A stretch of DNA of 64,000 nt from a bacterium (GCA_965218795.1 OZ244653.1:3360001-3424000), one strand, 5' to 3'. Numbered from the stretch's first letter, positions 1 to 9,536 are shown. Program-made: numbers and translations. Notes: generated by a model from the letters alone, not told the origin.

Positions 1-285
1 CTTTCTCTGTAAAAACGTGTTGACCGCGATGCGGTGCATCCACGTCCCGACCGCAGAATCGCCTCGGAAATCCCCCAGCGACCGGAAGGCCTTGAGAAAC
101 GTATCCTGCAAGACGTCCCGCGTTTCGCTCTCGTCCCAGGACATTCTGTAAATGGTGTTGTAAAGCCTGTCCTGATAATGAATAACGAATTCCTCGAACG
201 CCTCCACTTCGCCCTTGCGGAAGCGCTCCAGGGCAATCCGTTCCCAATCCGTATTTTTCCCCAGCGCCGCCGCCTTCTGTTCCAT
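1..285 (-). CDS. ECF (sigma-70 group 4) RNA polymerase sigma factor, N-terminal part; runs off the window edge
   Basis: Not in the ORF track. My translation from ATG 285: MEQKAAALGKNTDWERIALERFRKGEVEAFEEFVIHYQDRLYNTIYRMSWDESETRDVLQDTFLKAFRSLGDFRGDSAVGTWMHRIAVN, a typical ECF region 2. Confidence 0.88.
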   Translation of the reverse strand, partial: MEQKAAALGKNTDWERIALERFRKGEVEAFEEFVIHYQDRLYNTIYRMSWDESETRDVLQDTFLKAFRSLGDFRGDSAVGTWMHRIAVNTFLQRK

Positions 286-345
286 AGTGTTTATTTTACA
301 TGATCGGATTGACAGGGACGCGGCGTACGCCACTTCCACACAGAT

Positions 346-375
346 TTGGACACGGGAAAAACCCAAAAGGATTCA
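346..375 (-). promoter_or_regulatory. Possible ECF-type autoregulatory promoter
   Basis: Minus strand TGAATCC-N17-GTCCAA about 60 nt upstream of the sigma ATG; resembles GAACTT...GTCNAA ECF promoters. Confidence 0.3.
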
Positions 376-628
376 CAAGATTCCACAGTTATTACAATAG
401 GCAACAGACGGTCACCCACACACTGGCTGAGTGGGCATTCTCCTTGAAGGAAAGGAAGGCGACGCCCCCTCATCTGTCCACCTCGCGCTCAATAAGAAAA
501 GTGAGGCGCTCAAATGTCCCTTTTCCGTTGAAATAAGGTGAAATTCGGTGTGATGTGAAGGGACGAGAATTTTCTTCTGGGATAAGGAACCCGATGAAAA
601 TTCCGTCAAACAGATTCAAAGAGAACTC

Positions 629-931
629 TTAACGCCAAAAGTCAGGATGGTCTTCAGGGGTGAATTCGGGCTTTTCCTTGAGGCGGTCCTCAAACTCTTC
701 CGAAACCGCCTTCTTTTTCTGGGAATCCGCCTGGATCAGGCTGTCGAGGCTGGGCGCGTCGGGTCGGTCCCTGTATTCGGCAAAAGGATCAGCGATGTGA
801 CGCTCAATCGTAACCCGATCTCCGGCCAGCCGAACCCTGATTTCTTTGCCGGGGGCAAGCTTCAGCGCATTCAAGACGGAATCCGGCAACTGGACGTAGC
901 CCCCATCCTCCAGCGTCAGTATCTCAACCAT
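629..931 (-). CDS. AbrB/MazE/SpoVT-family DNA-binding protein
   Basis: ILTLEDGGYVQLPDSVLNALKLAPGKEIRVRLAGDRVTIE swapped-hairpin pattern; AAGGAG RBS before ATG 931; no adjacent toxin. Confidence 0.7.
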   Translation of the reverse strand: MVEILTLEDGGYVQLPDSVLNALKLAPGKEIRVRLAGDRVTIERHIADPFAEYRDRPDAPSLDSLIQADSQKKKAVSEEFEDRLKEKPEFTPEDHPDFWR

Positions 932-1094
932 CTCCTTCTCTCTCTTGCGCATACTTGCATACTACCCCCGCCCGCGGAATGCGTCCAGGAAAACGGGAAT
1001 TCGATTGGGGCGATCGTGCGGGAGGACTGTCAACCCCTGCATTGCGCCAGAATTCGATCCCTCGGATACAAAAACGAATGGGAGAATTTTCCTG

Positions 1095-1279
1095 ATGGAA
1101 GGCGATCGCTTCCTCATCAAGGGGCTGGAGGCTCAATGCATTCTCGGTGCCTACGACTGGGGGCGGAAAACACCCCGATCGGTCTGTATTGACCTGGAAT
1201 TTCCAGCAGAAGATGGGGGATGGGGAGAAAGCCGGGCGGTCCCGTCGTGGATTACGCGGAGCTGGCGCCGGCCGCTTCG
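1095..1279 (+). pseudogene. folB: Dihydroneopterin aldolase N-terminal remnant (frameshifted, truncated)
   Basis: DRFLIKGLEAQCILGAYDWGRKTPRSVCIDLEF, then a frameshift at the G-runs near 1215 into VVDYAELA; ends at the convergent gene. Confidence 0.65.
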
Positions 1280-2575
1280 TCACAGATCACGGCGGGCGAC
1301 CAGGATAGCCTGGGACATCGTCACGCAGATACGGTTGCTTTCCTGGAGCAAATTTCTGAGAAGCAGCTTGCCGCCCGAGCTGTTGGCGTCCAGTTCCTTC
1401 AGCTGAAGGGCTCGGCGGAGGCCCGGCAGTTTTCCGCGGTTCCCTTCAACATCACGGTGAAACGGACCGTTCTCGGTATAAAGGACTGGATTGATCAGGT
1501 GGCAGATGTCCATCCATTTCCGATTCGCATCCAGGGGTTGCATCATCTCGTCTTTGACCACGCGATCGTCGAGGACGACGACAAACTCCTTCACCGCCTC
1601 CCGAATCTCCCCGAAGTTGAAGACATCTCCGACTTCCTCATAAAGGTGCAGCAACTCGCTCCACAAGGCCTCGACGATGGACATCATCCGAAAGGGCGCC
1701 CGGGGAGCGGTGCACAGGTCAAAAAGGGCATCCGCATGGAACGCGGTCCGTTCCACCGCCCGGTCCCGGTCCATCTCGTCCAGCGCCTCGGCGCGGGAAA
1801 CCGGAAGAAATGAAAACGAGGGAAGTCCCACGCCGAGAAAGCTGCCGTCAGCGCTCTCGGGCAGATCCGCCGGATTCGCTTCCTCTGCTCCCACGCGTTC
1901 AATAATGTACTTGACCCAATCGGTGAGTTCGACCGTCGCGCAAGGTTCATACCCGGAGAGCGATCGGTCCGCCAGCTGTTCCACGTTCATGTAGGCCAGA
2001 CATCGGCTTCGCAGCAGGTCGAAATGGGCGTCGCCGTACCACGCTCCGGGCTCGAATCCCAACAATCCGCCGCCGTTCCACCACGCGAACCGGACACCGT
2101 GATGTAACTCGTTGCGGTGGAGCTGGAACAGGCGCACAAGCTCCAATAAGGAGGCATTCCCATGCCCGCCCACCAAAATGAAGTATGGGGCGCCGCCTTC
2201 GGGGACGATGTTCGTCACGGGAAACCGGTGAGGCCGCCATTCCCCTTCCAGCAAGTCATCCCCGGCCGGAACCCGCGCCTCGCATTCCATCATGCTCACG
2301 GGGAGTCCGGCACCCTCCAACACCGATGCAATCTCGTCCGCAGCCCGGTCGGCTCCGTCCGGATGGTCGGACCGCCGCCATGCGCAGCTGGCTTCCACCT
2401 TCGTCCAGAGGCCGTCCGGATCGATCTCCTCGCCGATGACGGGCGCAGGCCGGTCATCAAAGGGACCCCCTTCAACCTCGTCACCCCGCGCCGCTCTGTC
2501 GTCATGACGGTGGGAATGGCCGTGAGCCAGCAACTCTTCGAGCGAATGGCGGTCCAAAATTTCACCTCTCATCAA
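1280..2575 (-). CDS. M28 peptidase-like protein, apparently lacking metal ligands
   Basis: LLELVRLF..HRNEL..GVRFAWW..WYGD..CLAYMN and ADGSFLGVGLPS match M28 family segments; the HxD/DN ligand segment is missing. Confidence 0.6.
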   Translation of the reverse strand: MMRGEILDRHSLEELLAHGHSHRHDDRAARGDEVEGGPFDDRPAPVIGEEIDPDGLWTKVEASCAWRRSDHPDGADRAADEIASVLEGAGLPVSMMECEARVPAGDDLLEGEWRPHRFPVTNIVPEGGAPYFILVGGHGNASLLELVRLFQLHRNELHHGVRFAWWNGGGLLGFEPGAWYGDAHFDLLRSRCLAYMNVEQLADRSLSGYEPCATVELTDWVKYIIERVGAEEANPADLPESADGSFLGVGLPSFSFLPVSRAEALDEMDRDRAVERTAFHADALFDLCTAPRAPFRMMSIVEALWSELLHLYEEVGDVFNFGEIREAVKEFVVVLDDRVVKDEMMQPLDANRKWMDICHLINPVLYTENGPFHRDVEGNRGKLPGLRRALQLKELDANSSGGKLLLRNLLQESNRICVTMSQAILVARRDL

Positions 2576-2847
2576 GATAGACCGATACTGGGCATTTTAC
2601 TCAAGAATGAGACTGGATGTCTTCTGAGCCCGAGCCAGTATTTCGAAACGAAAGCCGAGCGGAGCCAGTGTACCCGAATGGCCGCTCCACCGCGAAGAGG
2701 CCGGACCTGATCGGCGGATGGGCCTGCGCCCTTTGAAACAGAGGGCTTGACCCGAAGACGAATGCAGTGCCAGAATTTCCGTGTCATAGAGTCCGGATTG
2801 CGTCACCGTCCATTGTCGACCCATTCGAGACGAAGGGGGTGTTGTCG

Positions 2848-3138
2848 ATGCCGCCCAAATACAAGCCCGGTGATCGGGTTCGAGTCCTCAACCAGGTTCG
2901 TTGGGGACATATCCGCACTCCCCTGTTCGTTCTCGGAAAGACCGGGATCGTGGAAACCTGCCGGGGTGAATTCCCCAACCCGGAAGAACTCGCCTACGGA
3001 ATGGACGGTCTGCCCCCCGTGCCCTGTTACTGCATCAAGTTCGACTATCCCGAGGTATGGGGAAATATCTGCCCCGAGGTCTCCAGGAACGATAAGATGT
3101 ACATTGATATCTATGAGCATTGGCTGAACAGCGACTGA
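2848..3138 (+). CDS. Nitrile hydratase beta C-terminal (SH3-like) domain protein / thiocyanate hydrolase alpha-like subunit
   Basis: YKPGDRVRV..GHIRTPLFVLGKTG..PNPEELAYG..VWG..IDIYEHWL. Confidence 0.85.
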   Translation: MPPKYKPGDRVRVLNQVRWGHIRTPLFVLGKTGIVETCRGEFPNPEELAYGMDGLPPVPCYCIKFDYPEVWGNICPEVSRNDKMYIDIYEHWLNSD

Positions 3139-3232
3139 AACCGGAACGCCGAATCTTCGCCGCCTGAATCCTGATTTGACTCTCGAACCAATATCCGGCG
3201 GCCGTCCGCAAGAAGGGGGAAGGAGAAAAATC

Positions 3233-4027
3233 ATGGCCCGGAGAGAACATCGTGCGGTTCGCTATGACGGCGTAAAACCGGGCGTTCCTGTCGAATACGA
3301 CGATTCCGCCGAATTCGAAAAATACCTCTATCACAAAGGGCACGCACCGGTCCCCTACGACAAGGATGACAAAAGCCCGATCGACACCGCCGAACATGAG
3401 ATGACGTACTGGGAACAGCGGATCTCCGGTTTGACCCGCCTTCTGGTGGAAAAGGGGCTCATTACGCTGGATGAGGTGCGCCGCTCCATCGAGGAGGATC
3501 AGGCCCGCAACATCGCGCTGGGCGGCAAGGTCGTGGCCCGCGCATGGGCGGACCCGGAATTCAAGAAACGCCTCCTGGAAGACGCCCGGGAAGCCTGCAT
3601 CGAGTTCGGCGTACAGATGGACGATACCGAGCTCGCGGCCTACGAGCAGACGGACGACGTTCACTGGGTGATCGTTTGCACGCTCTGCTCCTGCTACCCC
3701 CGGCCCCTCCTCGGCAACCCGCCGCACTGGTACAAGAGCACGGCTTATCGGAACCGGGTCGTCGTCGATCCCCGGGGCGTTCTGAAGGATGAATTCGGGA
3801 CGGTCGTCCCCGAAGACGTGGAAGTCCGCGTGATCGACAGCACCGCCGACTGCCGGTTCATCATCGTCCCCAAACGGCCGCCCGGAACCGAGGGAATGAG
3901 CGAGGAGGATCTCGCCGATCTCGTAACGTGCGAATCGGTCACGGGCACCGCCCACGCGATGACCCCCGAGCAGCTTCAGCGGAAAAAAGAAACCGCTGCC
4001 GCCGCCCATACGGACGGACACCCTTAA
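3233..4027 (+). CDS. Co-type nitrile hydratase alpha / thiocyanate hydrolase gamma-like subunit
   Basis: VCTLCSCYP metal-binding motif, KVVARAWADPEFK, VIDSTADCRFIIVPKRPPGTEG; AGGAG RBS. Confidence 0.9.
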   Translation: MARREHRAVRYDGVKPGVPVEYDDSAEFEKYLYHKGHAPVPYDKDDKSPIDTAEHEMTYWEQRISGLTRLLVEKGLITLDEVRRSIEEDQARNIALGGKVVARAWADPEFKKRLLEDAREACIEFGVQMDDTELAAYEQTDDVHWVIVCTLCSCYPRPLLGNPPHWYKSTAYRNRVVVDPRGVLKDEFGTVVPEDVEVRVIDSTADCRFIIVPKRPPGTEGMSEEDLADLVTCESVTGTAHAMTPEQLQRKKETAAAAHTDGHP

Positions 4028-4066
4028 AGGTTTCCGGCTGACTCCGGCTGACCCGAAGGCATCGAC

Positions 4067-4936
4067 ATGGACCTTGAAGCCAGGGCTCAGCTGGATCCCG
4101 TCCGCCGGCTGCCCGCCGAAGAGACCCGCCTCCTCCAATTCTTTCGGGGTTTGAAGAAAGCCGACTGGACCGGTCCGACGATGTGCGGAAACTGGACGGT
4201 CGACCGCCTTGCGACACACCTGGTCATCACCGGCGAATACCTGTGCGAATCCGTCTGGACCGTGCTGGACGCCCCGCGCTCGGCCGCCTCTTTTGAAGCT
4301 CCCCTCCCATTCGGCGCCGCGGACCGAGACGAATTTCTCAATTGGTGGCGAGGCGAGATCAAGCGCCTCATGGCGGCCGGTACAAATGTCCAATTGGACG
4401 AACTGGAAAAATCCGCTGGAGAGCTCCAAGCCCAGCTCAGCCGAATCGATCCCGGGAATGCCTCGTTCCCATTCTGGCATCCCTCCGGGGAAGCGACTCT
4501 GGGCGACATCCCGACCTTCCGGCTCTTCGAGCTTCAATTTCACGAATGGGACTTGCATGCGCCGGAGAATCCGGGCGTTTCGCTCAACCAGCCCATGCTC
4601 CCCCTGATGGCCGACCGGCTGCCGCGGATGCTCGGCCGGTACGCGCGGCTGCGAACGGAACCCAATCAGGCCGGCGGCCGCGTCCGTATCCTTCTCACGG
4701 AGCCGGGCGGAAACTTCCTGTTGGACTGGAGCGGAAAGGACAGCCGCTCGGTGATAGACGACGGCGGGGACGTGGCGGTGACGCTGACCTCGACGTCAAC
4801 CGCCTTTCTGCTGCTCCTTACAGGGCGCGCGGAAAGGAGCCGATGCGAGAAAAAGGGCACGTTCCATCTCCTGGGCGACGCCGGGTTGGGAGCGGCGCTG
4901 GCCGATGTGCTGTTCCAGCCGGCCCATTATCTGTAG
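4067..4936 (+). CDS. Maleylpyruvate isomerase (MDMPI/DinB superfamily) protein with SCP2-like C-terminus
   Basis: WTGPTMCGNWTVDRLATHL and FELQFHEWDL motifs; C-terminal FLLLLTGR...GDAGL. Confidence 0.75.
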   Translation: MDLEARAQLDPVRRLPAEETRLLQFFRGLKKADWTGPTMCGNWTVDRLATHLVITGEYLCESVWTVLDAPRSAASFEAPLPFGAADRDEFLNWWRGEIKRLMAAGTNVQLDELEKSAGELQAQLSRIDPGNASFPFWHPSGEATLGDIPTFRLFELQFHEWDLHAPENPGVSLNQPMLPLMADRLPRMLGRYARLRTEPNQAGGRVRILLTEPGGNFLLDWSGKDSRSVIDDGGDVAVTLTSTSTAFLLLLTGRAERSRCEKKGTFHLLGDAGLGAALADVLFQPAHYL

Positions 4937-5543
4937 CAAGGGCCTGGAAGCTTCGTGACGTGGTGGAGACGGGGGGGATCAGTCTCTGCTGAACTCCCCC
5001 GAGCGTACCGGCAGAGCCGGGTTTTCAAGGGATTGCAGCTTTACGACGGTCATAGCCCCTCCATTGAGCAGAGGGTTATGCGAAGAGACCCTGAATCTGC
5101 GGCAAAATGGGGAACTTTTACGTCACACGAGGACAGCCGGATGGCTAAAAGTGGTCATCTGGGAAATCCCGGTTTGACAGGTTTGGTCGCAAGGTGTATA
5201 GATTCGGCCAAATGGCAACGAGGGGTCGGTGCGGGTCTGTCCACATTTGAAATTGGAAATTCCGGTTAAAGATTGCAGGCCGACATTCTCTGGACGCGGC
5301 GCGCTGGGCTATAGCCGCAGTTATAATCATGGCTCTACTCATCCTTTGGGGAGGCTAGGTGGACTGACCATCCATCGCGGGAACAGTGGGACTTGCTCTC
5401 CCACCAGGGAGGCTTTCGTCATCGTTAGATGAAAGAAGCTTAAGAATTCTCCCGAAAAGCTTAGGACGTGATGATTGTTCCCGTCCTTGTTGTGCGTGAG
5501 ATGTAAGACCGTTGGACCGTCAAGCGAAAGTGAGGGAAAGGAC

Positions 5544-6875
5544 ATGCCGAAAAAACAACTGAAGATTGTCTTTTGGGGGCTGCTCATCGCGACGCTCGGC
5601 GTTCTGGTGCCGCCGTCACAAGCCGTGGCTCAGGGCTCGTCGTCCCTCAGCGCCGGCAACACCGCATGGCTGCTCACCTCGACGACGCTGGTCCTGTTCA
5701 TGACCCTTCCCGGCCTGGCGCTGTTTTATGGCGGCCTCGTCCGCGCCCAGAACGTTCTGTCGGTCCTGATGCACTGTTTCACCATCTGCTGCCTGGCCTC
5801 GGTCCTGTGGCTCGTCGTCGGTTACAGCCTCGCCTTCGGCGACGGGGGCTCCGCCAACGCGTGGATCGGCGGTCTCGACAAGGTGTTTCTCGTCGGCGTC
5901 GGTCTCGACAGCATGAGCGGCGACATCCCCGAGACCGTCTTCTTCATGTTCCAGATGACCTTTGCGATCATCACGCCGGCCCTCATCGTCGGCGCCTATC
6001 CGGAGCGGATGAAGTTCTCCGCCATGTTCCTTTTCACCGCCCTGTGGATCCTCGTCGTGTACGCGCCGATCACCCACTGGGTGTGGGGCGGAGGCTGGCT
6101 CGCCGAGCTCGGGATCATGGACTTCGCCGGCGGCCTCGTCGTGCACCTGAGCGCCGGCACGGCGGCGATCGTTGTCGCGCTTCTGCTCGGCCACCGCAAG
6201 GGCTTTCCAACGGACGTCAGCCCCCCCCACAACCCGGGCATGACGATGACCGGCGCGGCCATGCTCTGGGTCGGCTGGTTCGGTTTCAATGCCGGCAGCG
6301 CGTTAGCCGCCAACGGCAGCGCGGGCATGGCGATGGCGGTGACCCACATCGCGGCGGCCACGGCCTCCCTGACGTGGATGTTCTCCGACTGGATCAAGAC
6401 CGGAAAGCCCACCCTCGTCGGCATCGTCACCGGCGCCATCGCGGGCCTGGCGACGATCACGCCGGCATCCGGCTTCGTGGGGCCGATCGGCGCCGTCGTC
6501 ATCGGCTTCGCCGCCGGTATCGTCTGCTCCTGGGCGGTCCAGGAAAAGGTGCTGATCCGGAACAAGTACAAGGTCGACGACTCCCTCGATGTCCTCGCCG
6601 TGCACGGCGTGGGCGGTGCGTTGGGCATCATCCTGACCGCGATCTTCGCCGCCGAAGTTTTCGGCGGCGTCGGTCTGGCCGAAGGTGTGACGATCGGCAA
6701 GGCGCTGGGGGTTCAGATTCTGGGCGTGGCGGCCACGCTCATCTGGACTGCGGTGCTGACCTATATCATCCTCAAGATCGTCAACGCTCTCGTGGGCCTG
6801 CGCGTTGATGAGGAACACGAGGAGCAGGGCCTGGATCTCGCGGTCCACGGCGAACGGGGCTACGAGCTGCTCTGA
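5544..6875 (+). CDS. amtB: Ammonium transporter
   Basis: LVLFMTLPGLALFYGGLVR, FQMTFAIITPALI, DFAGGLVVH, LWVGWFGFNAGSA, DDSLDVLAVHG, HGERGY. Confidence 0.97.
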   Translation: MPKKQLKIVFWGLLIATLGVLVPPSQAVAQGSSSLSAGNTAWLLTSTTLVLFMTLPGLALFYGGLVRAQNVLSVLMHCFTICCLASVLWLVVGYSLAFGDGGSANAWIGGLDKVFLVGVGLDSMSGDIPETVFFMFQMTFAIITPALIVGAYPERMKFSAMFLFTALWILVVYAPITHWVWGGGWLAELGIMDFAGGLVVHLSAGTAAIVVALLLGHRKGFPTDVSPPHNPGMTMTGAAMLWVGWFGFNAGSALAANGSAGMAMAVTHIAAATASLTWMFSDWIKTGKPTLVGIVTGAIAGLATITPASGFVGPIGAVVIGFAAGIVCSWAVQEKVLIRNKYKVDDSLDVLAVHGVGGALGIILTAIFAAEVFGGVGLAEGVTIGKALGVQILGVAATLIWTAVLTYIILKIVNALVGLRVDEEHEEQGLDLAVHGERGYELL

Positions 6876-7212
6876 TCCCGCGAGGCGTCTCCGCGGCCGT
6901 CGAGAGCCCGGGGGAACGGGGCCGCCGACCGTTCGGTCGTTCCATGTCTACGAACCATAGGGAATTCTGACCCATCCGATCTTTTTGCCGGACGGTTGGA
7001 AGCACCCCCATTGTGGCAAACGCGCATCAGATGTTGCGAATCTCGTCAACCTTGGAACGCCAGAAGCACTGGTTGTCCCGCGCGACCCCGGCTTCAATTC
7101 TGATCGACTGATTTCGTGAGACAAAAGCTCCAAGGAAAATGGGGAAGAATCGGACAGGTGCAGGACCTTTGAGGGATTCGGCCGGTCTTCGAAAAAGGAA
7201 ACACAAGGAAAA

Positions 7213-7592
7213 AGCCGGAGGGGATCTGTAAGCCGGGTTCTGTACCCCGCAGCAAGAACGGGGCTGCGGCCATCCATCTAGGGCCGCGGTTGCCCGCGGC
7301 CTCGAGCAGCCTACCCGGAAGCATCGGACGAGCCGTCCTCAAACGCTTCCCTATTTGGCCTTGCTCCGGGTGGGGTTTACCGAGCCGGTCCGGTCACCCG
7401 AACCGCTGGTGAGCTCTTACCTCACCGTTTCACCCTTGCCGGCCCCCGGAAACCGGGGACGTAGGCGGTCTGTTCTCTGTGGCACTTTCCCTGGGGTTGC
7501 CCCCGGTGGGCGTTACCCACCACCCTGCTCTGTGGAGCCCGGACTTTCCTCCCGCACGCATGGCGCCGGCGGCCGCACAATCCCCTCCGGCT
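7213..7592 (-). ncRNA. rnpB: RNase P RNA (type A)
   Basis: Minus strand GAGGAAAGTCCGGGCTCC near the 5' end and ACAGAACCCGGCTTA near the 3' end; P1 pairing AGCCGGAGGGGAT / ATCCCCTCCGGCT. Confidence 0.97.
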
Positions 7593-7677
7593 ATCAATGA
7601 CGATCGGAGAACAATCCCTCTTACAATATAGTTCCTCGATGGGAAAAATTCACCAAGATGAGCCGGGGGGCGCTTGA

Positions 7678-7707
7678 TAGAACGGAGAGGACATTCTGGG
7701 CGCGGAC
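7678..7707 (-). pseudogene. 10-codon remnant of a second ammonium-transporter gene
   Basis: Encodes VRAQNVLSVL, identical to AmtB codons 5739-5768; 24/30 nt identical, all 6 differences at third codon positions. Confidence 0.65.
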
Positions 7708-7905
7708 GCAGCGGGGCTTCCCCTCATACAGCCCTATGGACATCCTTTTTCGAATCGATGTAACCGGACAGGTGTCCGGGGAAGGATCAGGGTCAGCTGA
7801 CCCGCCAACAGCGCGAGCAGGCCAAACCGCAAGCTTGTCCGCCAAAAAGTTTCAGGGGGGGCGTCTTGCAATGAAGATCCCCAGGATTTTTGCTTGTACG
7901 GATCT

Positions 7906-8520
7906 TCACTCGTTCGCTTCATCGATCGCCCGGTTGGCCAGCTCATCCGCCTTGGAGTTCTTGTCCCGGTAGACATGCTCTACATGAAAGGAGTCCAGCC
8001 GGTCGATCAGTTTTCGGGCTTCCCGGTAGAGGCCCTTCAGGTTTGGGCTTTTGACCTTGTATCGCCCCTGAAGCTGGCGGGCGAGCAGCTCGGAATCGCA
8101 ATGAAACCGCACCTGCCGGACACCGCCTTGCAATGCGGCTTCGAGTCCCAGGAGCAAGGCTTTGTATTCGGCAACGTTGTTCGTCGTCTCGCCGAGATAG
8201 GCGGAAGCCTCGGCCAGGGAGCGGCCCGATTCATCGTAAAAAACCACCCCTGCTCCCGCGGGTCCCGGGTTTCCACGGGAGGCCCCGTCCGCGTAGAGAA
8301 TGACCGATTCGGCCAGCCCTTTGCCTTCCGCCAGAACGTTCTCTCCTTTTGCGGCAGAGTCGACGGGCGTTAGCCGTTCCGCTCCCCTTTCGAGGGCATG
8401 GCGGAGATCGTCCCGGCTCCATTCGGGATGGGATTGCAACACGCGGTCTACGTCCAAGGTTTCTGCGAGGGAGTTGAGAATTTCGGCAGCCTGGGAGATC
8501 TGCGGCTTCCGCCCGCTCAC
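7906..8520 (-). CDS. Ribonuclease HI family protein with N-terminal extension
   Basis: LYADGASRGNPGPAGAG, TNNVAEY, DSEL, NSKADELAN. Confidence 0.9.
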   Translation of the reverse strand: MSGRKPQISQAAEILNSLAETLDVDRVLQSHPEWSRDDLRHALERGAERLTPVDSAAKGENVLAEGKGLAESVILYADGASRGNPGPAGAGVVFYDESGRSLAEASAYLGETTNNVAEYKALLLGLEAALQGGVRQVRFHCDSELLARQLQGRYKVKSPNLKGLYREARKLIDRLDSFHVEHVYRDKNSKADELANRAIDEANE

Positions 8521-9275
8521 GCCTGGGAGGACTCTGCGGGGTTCGCGGCTTCGGCGGGCGCCTCCCCCTCGGCGAGGGCGTACAGAATGCGCATACAGTA
8601 AGGACAGTTCTTGATTTCGTCGCCGTGTTTAATCTCGTGTATCAGCTGGGGCATCAGGAGCTGATGGCAGCCGCCGCAACTGTTTCCGTTCAATGGAGAG
8701 ACCGCCCATCCTCGACTCGCTTTGATACGATTGTAGTTCGCCGCCCAATCGTCGTCGATATCCCTGGATAAGTGTTTGCGATCATTCTCCAGTCTGGCGA
8801 GACGCCCCTCGAGGACGGCGAGCTCCTCGCGCTTCGCCTTTTTCCGATCCTCCGCTTCGGTTTCTTTCTCCCGAACCCGAGCCGCTCCTTCGTCGATTTT
8901 GCCTCCGATCGCTTCGCCCTCTTCCATGAGCTCCAGGATTTCCGTTTCCAATCGGTCGATGTTCTCTTTCACCCCCTCGATTTCCTGGAGCAGGGCGCTG
9001 TATTCCTTATTGGTCTTCACTTCGAGCTGCTTGCCCTGGGTCTTGCGCATCCGCTCGCGCTCGGCTTCGAGGTCGGATTCGCGGCGCATCCGTTCACGCT
9101 CGATATCCTTTCTGCGGTTTTCCAATCCCGTCTGCTCACTGCGCGCGGCCTCGGCTTCCTCCTCGATGGCCTCCAGGGTTTTGGGGATCGCGCGCGCGCG
9201 TTCTTCCAGTTCAGCGATCTCACGCTCGACCTCCTGATATTCCCGCAGTCTTACAAGTTGATTTCGAGATTCCAT
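8517..9275 (-). CDS. Coiled-coil protein with C4 zinc ribbon (DUF164 / CT398-like)
   Basis: Long coiled coil, VKTNKEY, CGGC...CPYCMRILY. Confidence 0.9.
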   Translation of the reverse strand: MESRNQLVRLREYQEVEREIAELEERARAIPKTLEAIEEEAEAARSEQTGLENRRKDIERERMRRESDLEAERERMRKTQGKQLEVKTNKEYSALLQEIEGVKENIDRLETEILELMEEGEAIGGKIDEGAARVREKETEAEDRKKAKREELAVLEGRLARLENDRKHLSRDIDDDWAANYNRIKASRGWAVSPLNGNSCGGCHQLLMPQLIHEIKHGDEIKNCPYCMRILYALAEGEAPAEAANPAESSQA

Positions 9276-9414
9276 ATCGTTCTTGCCCGAAAATGCAACC
9301 GGATAGGAAGGACGCGCCCCGTTCATCCTCAAGCCGAATGTTTCAGGCTCGCATCCCCGAGCCGTGGCGTCGATTCGCGCCGCTTGCAACATCTTTGAGA
9401 TTTGAAAATCTGTA

Positions 9415-9490
9415 TGGTGGGCCCGCCTGGATTCGAACCAGGGACCAACCGGTTATGAGCCGGCGGCTCTGACCACTGAGCTACGGGCCC
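9415..9490 (-). tRNA. tRNA with CAT anticodon, probably tRNA-Ile2 (lysidine)
   Basis: GGGCCCGTAGCTCAGTGGTCAGAGC..CT-CAT-AA..GGTTCGAATCC..CCA, directly downstream of rpoD. Confidence 0.92.
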
Positions 9491-9536
9491 CGAACCGCTG
9501 GAAATTCAATCTCCCATCGGTTGAGGATCTGCCATC

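Noticed and set aside
629-931. Toxin-antitoxin operon
   Set aside because: The AbrB-like gene has no adjacent toxin ORF
5100-5543. Sigma54 promoter for amtB
   Set aside because: No TGGCAC-N5-TTGC match found
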